Assembly: GCF_000008305.1 (NCBI RefSeq)
Contig: NC_006055.1
Location: forward strand, 510,001-542,000
DNA: 32,000 nt
Source: Mesoplasma florum L1
GTDB taxonomy: Bacteria; Bacillota_I; Bacilli_A; Mycoplasmatales; Mycoplasmataceae
Direction of reading: 5' to 3'
The notes beneath the pieces were generated by a model. That model had not been told where the DNA came from, made no database searches, and saw only the letters and a program-made list of their open reading frames with translations. Each line of letters begins with the position of its first letter. Position 1 is the first letter of the stretch. Of the stretch, positions 28,048 to 32,000 are shown piece after piece. A program made the position numbers and the translations under genes.

Positions 28048-28284
28048 TTATAAATTTATTCGATTTATAATATCTTCTAAATCATTAATCAATTTATTTA
28101 ATTGTGAGTTAATCATTTCAGCATCTGATATAGAAATTCTAAATTCACCTAATTTAAGTAAATTTTTATTTGAACTAACTTCATTAATTAAATTTTTACT
28201 TAATTGTTTTTTAAATTTAATTAAATCTTCTAAATTAGTTTCTACATCATGACCACTAAAAAATTTTTTAATTTGTTCTGTCAT
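28048..28284 (-). CDS. small helical (coiled-coil-like) hypothetical protein, 78 aa
   Basis: Track ORF MTEQIKKFFSGHDVETNLEDLIKFKKQLSKNLINEV…LNKLINDLEDIINRINL. The start lies 19 nt after the upstream lipoprotein stop. No recognisable family. Confidence 0.55.
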   Translation of the reverse strand: MTEQIKKFFSGHDVETNLEDLIKFKKQLSKNLINEVSSNKNLLKLGEFRISISDAEMINSQLNKLINDLEDIINRINL

Positions 28285-28303
28285 AATCTTTTATCTTTCT
28301 ATT

Positions 28304-29896
28304 TTAATCAACTACAGCAATTTCTTGAAGTAGAACATTTAATGTTCTATTTGCAGCTTTATATGTACCATTACTGTTTTTTGTTAAAAATACTGCGTAA
28401 TAACTAGTATTTTGAGTATTTTCAATAGTTGTTCTAGTCAATGCGTTGCTTGAAGAAACAAACTCATCTATTGATTTAGTTTGCCCTAAAACGCTCTCAA
28501 TATTATTATTTAAGTTTTCTTGAGTTTTATCAAAGAATAAAACTTCATCAACTTTAAATAAACTTTCACTTGCATCAGAACCATAGTTAAATGCAGTTGT
28601 ATTCGTAAAGTAATAACTGTTAACAGATTCACTTATTTTTTTGTCTTTATCATCACCAGTAAAAATATTTAAACTTTTTACAAATTCTTTTTGTTGAAGT
28701 TTATCATTATCTTGGTTTCATTCATTAGTAATTTGTTGATTTGATAAATATTCTTTTTGAATTTTACTTGTTGTGTTAACATTTTTATCAAACTGAATAA
28801 ATTGTGGTTCAATGTATTTATTACCTTTACTTGTCAAGACATGTCATTTTAAAGGATTTGATTGTATTTTTAAAATTTCAATCTCTGTTTTTATTTTATA
28901 TTGTTCACTTTCAATTACTTCTTTTGAAAATTCATAACCAACATTTGGTTTTAAATTGACACTAACTTGATTTGTTCAATAAATTGAATCAATATTTGTT
29001 TCATTTTCAGTTATTCCTGAATCAGTAATACTATCAATTGCAATTTGTTCGTTTGCTAAAATTTCTTTTTGTTGAGTTAAAAGCTTATCATGAAAATCAT
29101 TATAATCGCTAAATTTTTCGTTTTTAATTCAATCATTGATTGATTTTGTTGCTTCAGTTATAACAGTGTCTTCTATAATAACTGCATCTACAATTGTTCC
29201 TTGACATGTAAATTTTTTATCTTCCTCAGTAACTTCATCTTCAAATTCATAGTATCCATCATCATTATTTTTAATTCCAATTGTTCCACTTATTTCAAAT
29301 TTTGTAAGTTTTGGAATTGATGGATCAGTTGGCTGAGTTGAATCAAGAATTGTTACTGTAATAGTTTTAAAAACTAATCCTTCAGCTGGAGTGCCTGGAA
29401 TATTTGCATTTGGTACAAATGTACTTCTAACAGCATTTTCACTTTTGAAATAAATTGTATCTAAAAAGCTTTGTAACGCTGTTATAGTTGTGGCCAATTC
29501 TTGTTGACTTATTTTTTTCTTAGGTGCTGGTTTGTTTCCACCAAAGTTATAAATTAAAGTTATTGAGCCTGTATATTTGTAACCATTTTTTGAAGTACCA
29601 TTACCAGTAAATACAATACTTTGTTGTTTATTGGTAATTGTTCCTTCTTTTATTTCATCACTAGCTTTTACACTAATTCCACCAGCTTCATCAACCTTTT
29701 GATTAACAAGTTCTGCTTCTAGTTCATCATTAGTTCAAGGCTCTTGATCATTTTCTTTACTATGCAATATTATAGTCAAAAATCTTTCAATTGAATCAAT
29801 ATTTTGTTTTTCCGCTTTAGTAGAACATGATACAGCAATCGTTGATGCTGAACTTGTAACTACTAAAGATGATAACACTAATAATAATTTTTTCAT
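28304..29896 (-). CDS. lipoprotein (530 aa)
   Basis: ATG 29896: MKKLLLVLSSLVVTSSASTIAVS-C-STKAEKQ. It contains track ORF 29129..29497 in frame and ends …NVLLQEIAVVD* at TAA 28304-28306. The N-terminal module ILHSKENDQEPWTNDELEAELVNQKVDEAGGISVK…YKYTGSITLIYNF is the same type as the modules in the 1472-aa protein. Confidence 0.85.
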
Positions 29897-29921
29897 TTTC
29901 AGCTTCCTCTCTTATTTTTAA

Positions 29922-31943
29922 TTATTGAACTCTTTCAATGAAAGTATATCTACCATGTGATTGAATATCAAATCTTTGACCTTTACCAAAAGAAACGTCT
30001 AATAAATCAGTTGAAATACCAAAAGTTAAAGCTGAATTATTTCTTGTAGACATTGATAAACCACTCATTAACATTGTTCCATTGTTACCTGTATATGATG
30101 AATCTGCAATTGTTGCGCTTCTTACACCTCTATAATTTGATTGAGATGAATTTCTGTTTACATCTGAATAAGTTAAGTTTAAATAAGTTAAACCTTCGAT
30201 TTTTGAAATTAAGTTTTGTTCTTTAATTTGTTGAGCTTCAACTCCTGTGTTTAAACTTAATGCATTTGCAAAATTAGTTCCATTAATTGTTCCATTCATT
30301 GCGCCTGTTTCTTTTCAGTAATCTCAAATATTAAAATCTGTTCCATCTTCTTTTTTGACACCTGTTTTACCTGACATTTTAAATTTATTTTGTTTTTGTT
30401 GCAATGAGGCATTTGGTGATGATCAAATATCACTTTCAGAAATACCATAGAACTTGTGGAATGTATTTAACATTTGTTCAATTCCTTTATAGTATGCACT
30501 AAATATTTTTGATGTTTGGGGGCTATTTACTTCAGAAGCTGATGTTGCTTTATTGTCAATAGCGATTGAATATGTGAAACCAACATCACTTAATCTTTGA
30601 GTATATCCATTTCGTAAAGAAATAGTTAAACCTTTATTTGTAATTGTTTCACTTGAAATTGACATTGCTAATAAATCAGGAGTTCTTTCATTTTCTTGAA
30701 TCACTGATGTTTGAACTCTTCTGTCATATTCACTTTTTAATTTATTATTATAATTTTGTAAAACTTGTTGTCATTGATTTTCAAGAGATTTATATAATAC
30801 TTGATCTCCATTAACTCTTGAACCGTCTAATTGAATTTGATCTGTTGTCTTAACTTTTCCAAAGAAAGTATTTCATTCAGGTCATGCGCCTTGATCAAAC
30901 TCAACACTAATTTTTCCTGTGTTGCTGAAATGATTTGTTTGCTCTTGTCTAATAATATCATTTTCATTATAGTAACTTACATTTATTGCGTTAACAACAG
31001 CAGAGCTAGTATTTCTAAAGTATTTGTTTTCAATAGTTGAAGTCATAGATTTTGCAAAGCTTTGATTGTACTTATTAATTGCTGATTTATAAGTTGTTGT
31101 ATTAGCAGTTAATACATCTTGAATTGTTAAGCTTGGCTCTAGAGCTTTTAATGTTTCAAAATCAATGTAAACTTTTGAATTTGCTTCTTTTAACATGTCT
31201 CCTGCTAATTCATTACTAATTTTGTTAATTGCAGCAATAATTTCACCATTATCAGAAACAGTAATAACAACTGTTCCTCTTACAGTATTTGTCACAGTAG
31301 CTTGTTCAGCATCTCTGTATCTATAAGTTGATGAGAAGTTTAGGTTCATACCTGATATAAATCCTTCACCATCAGCTCCTGTATTACCATAAGTCATTTC
31401 TGCATTTTCATAGTCGAATTTAATATCATCAATTCATCTTGAACCAAAGCTTCCAATTAAAACGCTATATGTTGAAGTACTAATAGCATTTCTTAAATCT
31501 ACCATTGCTTTAGCAGGACTTAATAGTGATTCAACATTTGAAGTTAAATCTTTTTGTTGATCAGGTGTTAAAACATCATAAAACTTAACTGATTGTTCAT
31601 TTGCATATGTTGAAGTTTCAGGCCCTGTTTCTCCACCACCTGTTCCAGCTGATGCTTGATCATAAATTGATTTTAAATTATCTTTTTGGAAGAAAATTAA
31701 ACCATTATTTGAGGCTTCTGTATCTAATAGAGTTGATCTTGTTGCCATTGGAGATGAAACAATTGTTGAAAATTTAGTTTGAACTTCAGATTCAAATTGT
31801 CTTATTAATTGTCTTATTGCTTCTTTTTCTTTTTCTGCTGGATCAACTGGTGGCTCAACTGGATCTTTTGAACATGAAATCACAGCCATTGATGAAGTAC
31901 CAACTACAGCGAATGATGATAATATTAATAATAATTTTTTCAT
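29922..31943 (-). CDS. lipoprotein (673 aa)
   Basis: Four track ORFs (31434..31943, 30882..31397, 30423..30704, 29922..30299) share one frame and are separated only by TGA. N-terminus: [39 protein letters not shown]. Confidence 0.85.
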
Positions 31944-32000
31944 TTTTATTTTTTTCCTTTTCTTTCTTAATTGTGTGTATTTTTAAAATTTTATTTTAAA

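Overview
AT-rich chromosomal segment from a Mollicute, probably the Entomoplasmatales/mycoides-Spiroplasma clade; species not identified. TGA is read as Trp (genetic code 4). PepV, RpiR, the PTS EIIBC, the ABC permease and all large surface proteins only give full-length, sensible products when in-frame TGA codons are read through, so the supplied standard-code ORF track fragments most genes. I re-joined fragments by hand, and my end coordinates include the stop codon. Nearly all genes are on the minus strand. Housekeeping part (1-7250): PTS EIIBC (partial), RpiR regulator, three hypothetical membrane proteins (two are tandem paralogs), a small zinc-ribbon tail-anchored protein, PepV-like M20 dipeptidase, a membrane-anchored J-domain protein, and the rplU-prp-rpmA operon with a leader. 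Accessory, surface-protein part (7290-32000): a peptide with a canonical double-glycine (bacteriocin-type) leader; a nucleotidyltransferase-fold gene with an apparent frameshift; a 1472-aa surface protein with ten near-identical 261-bp tandem repeats; a decayed IS3-family element inserted into a membrane-protein gene; a 907-aa DUF285/BspA-like 26-residue-repeat surface protein; a family of membrane proteins sharing a conserved C-terminal module (one intact copy, two decayed); an ABC-2-type transporter pair; five Cys-lipobox lipoproteins; and an XRE regulator translationally overlapped with a two-TM protein that ends in an HU/IHF-like domain. Most notable: (1) the GG-leader peptide; (2) three copies of a 'GC-clamped hairpin + exactly T16' module (minus strand), two of them about 100 nt upstream of surface-protein genes and one orphaned in a 1.5-kb gene-less stretch; (3) the membrane-tethered HU-like protein with XRE, plus a truncated paralog. 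No rRNA, tRNA or CRISPR was recognised. All homology statements come from reading translated sequence by eye; no database search was run.
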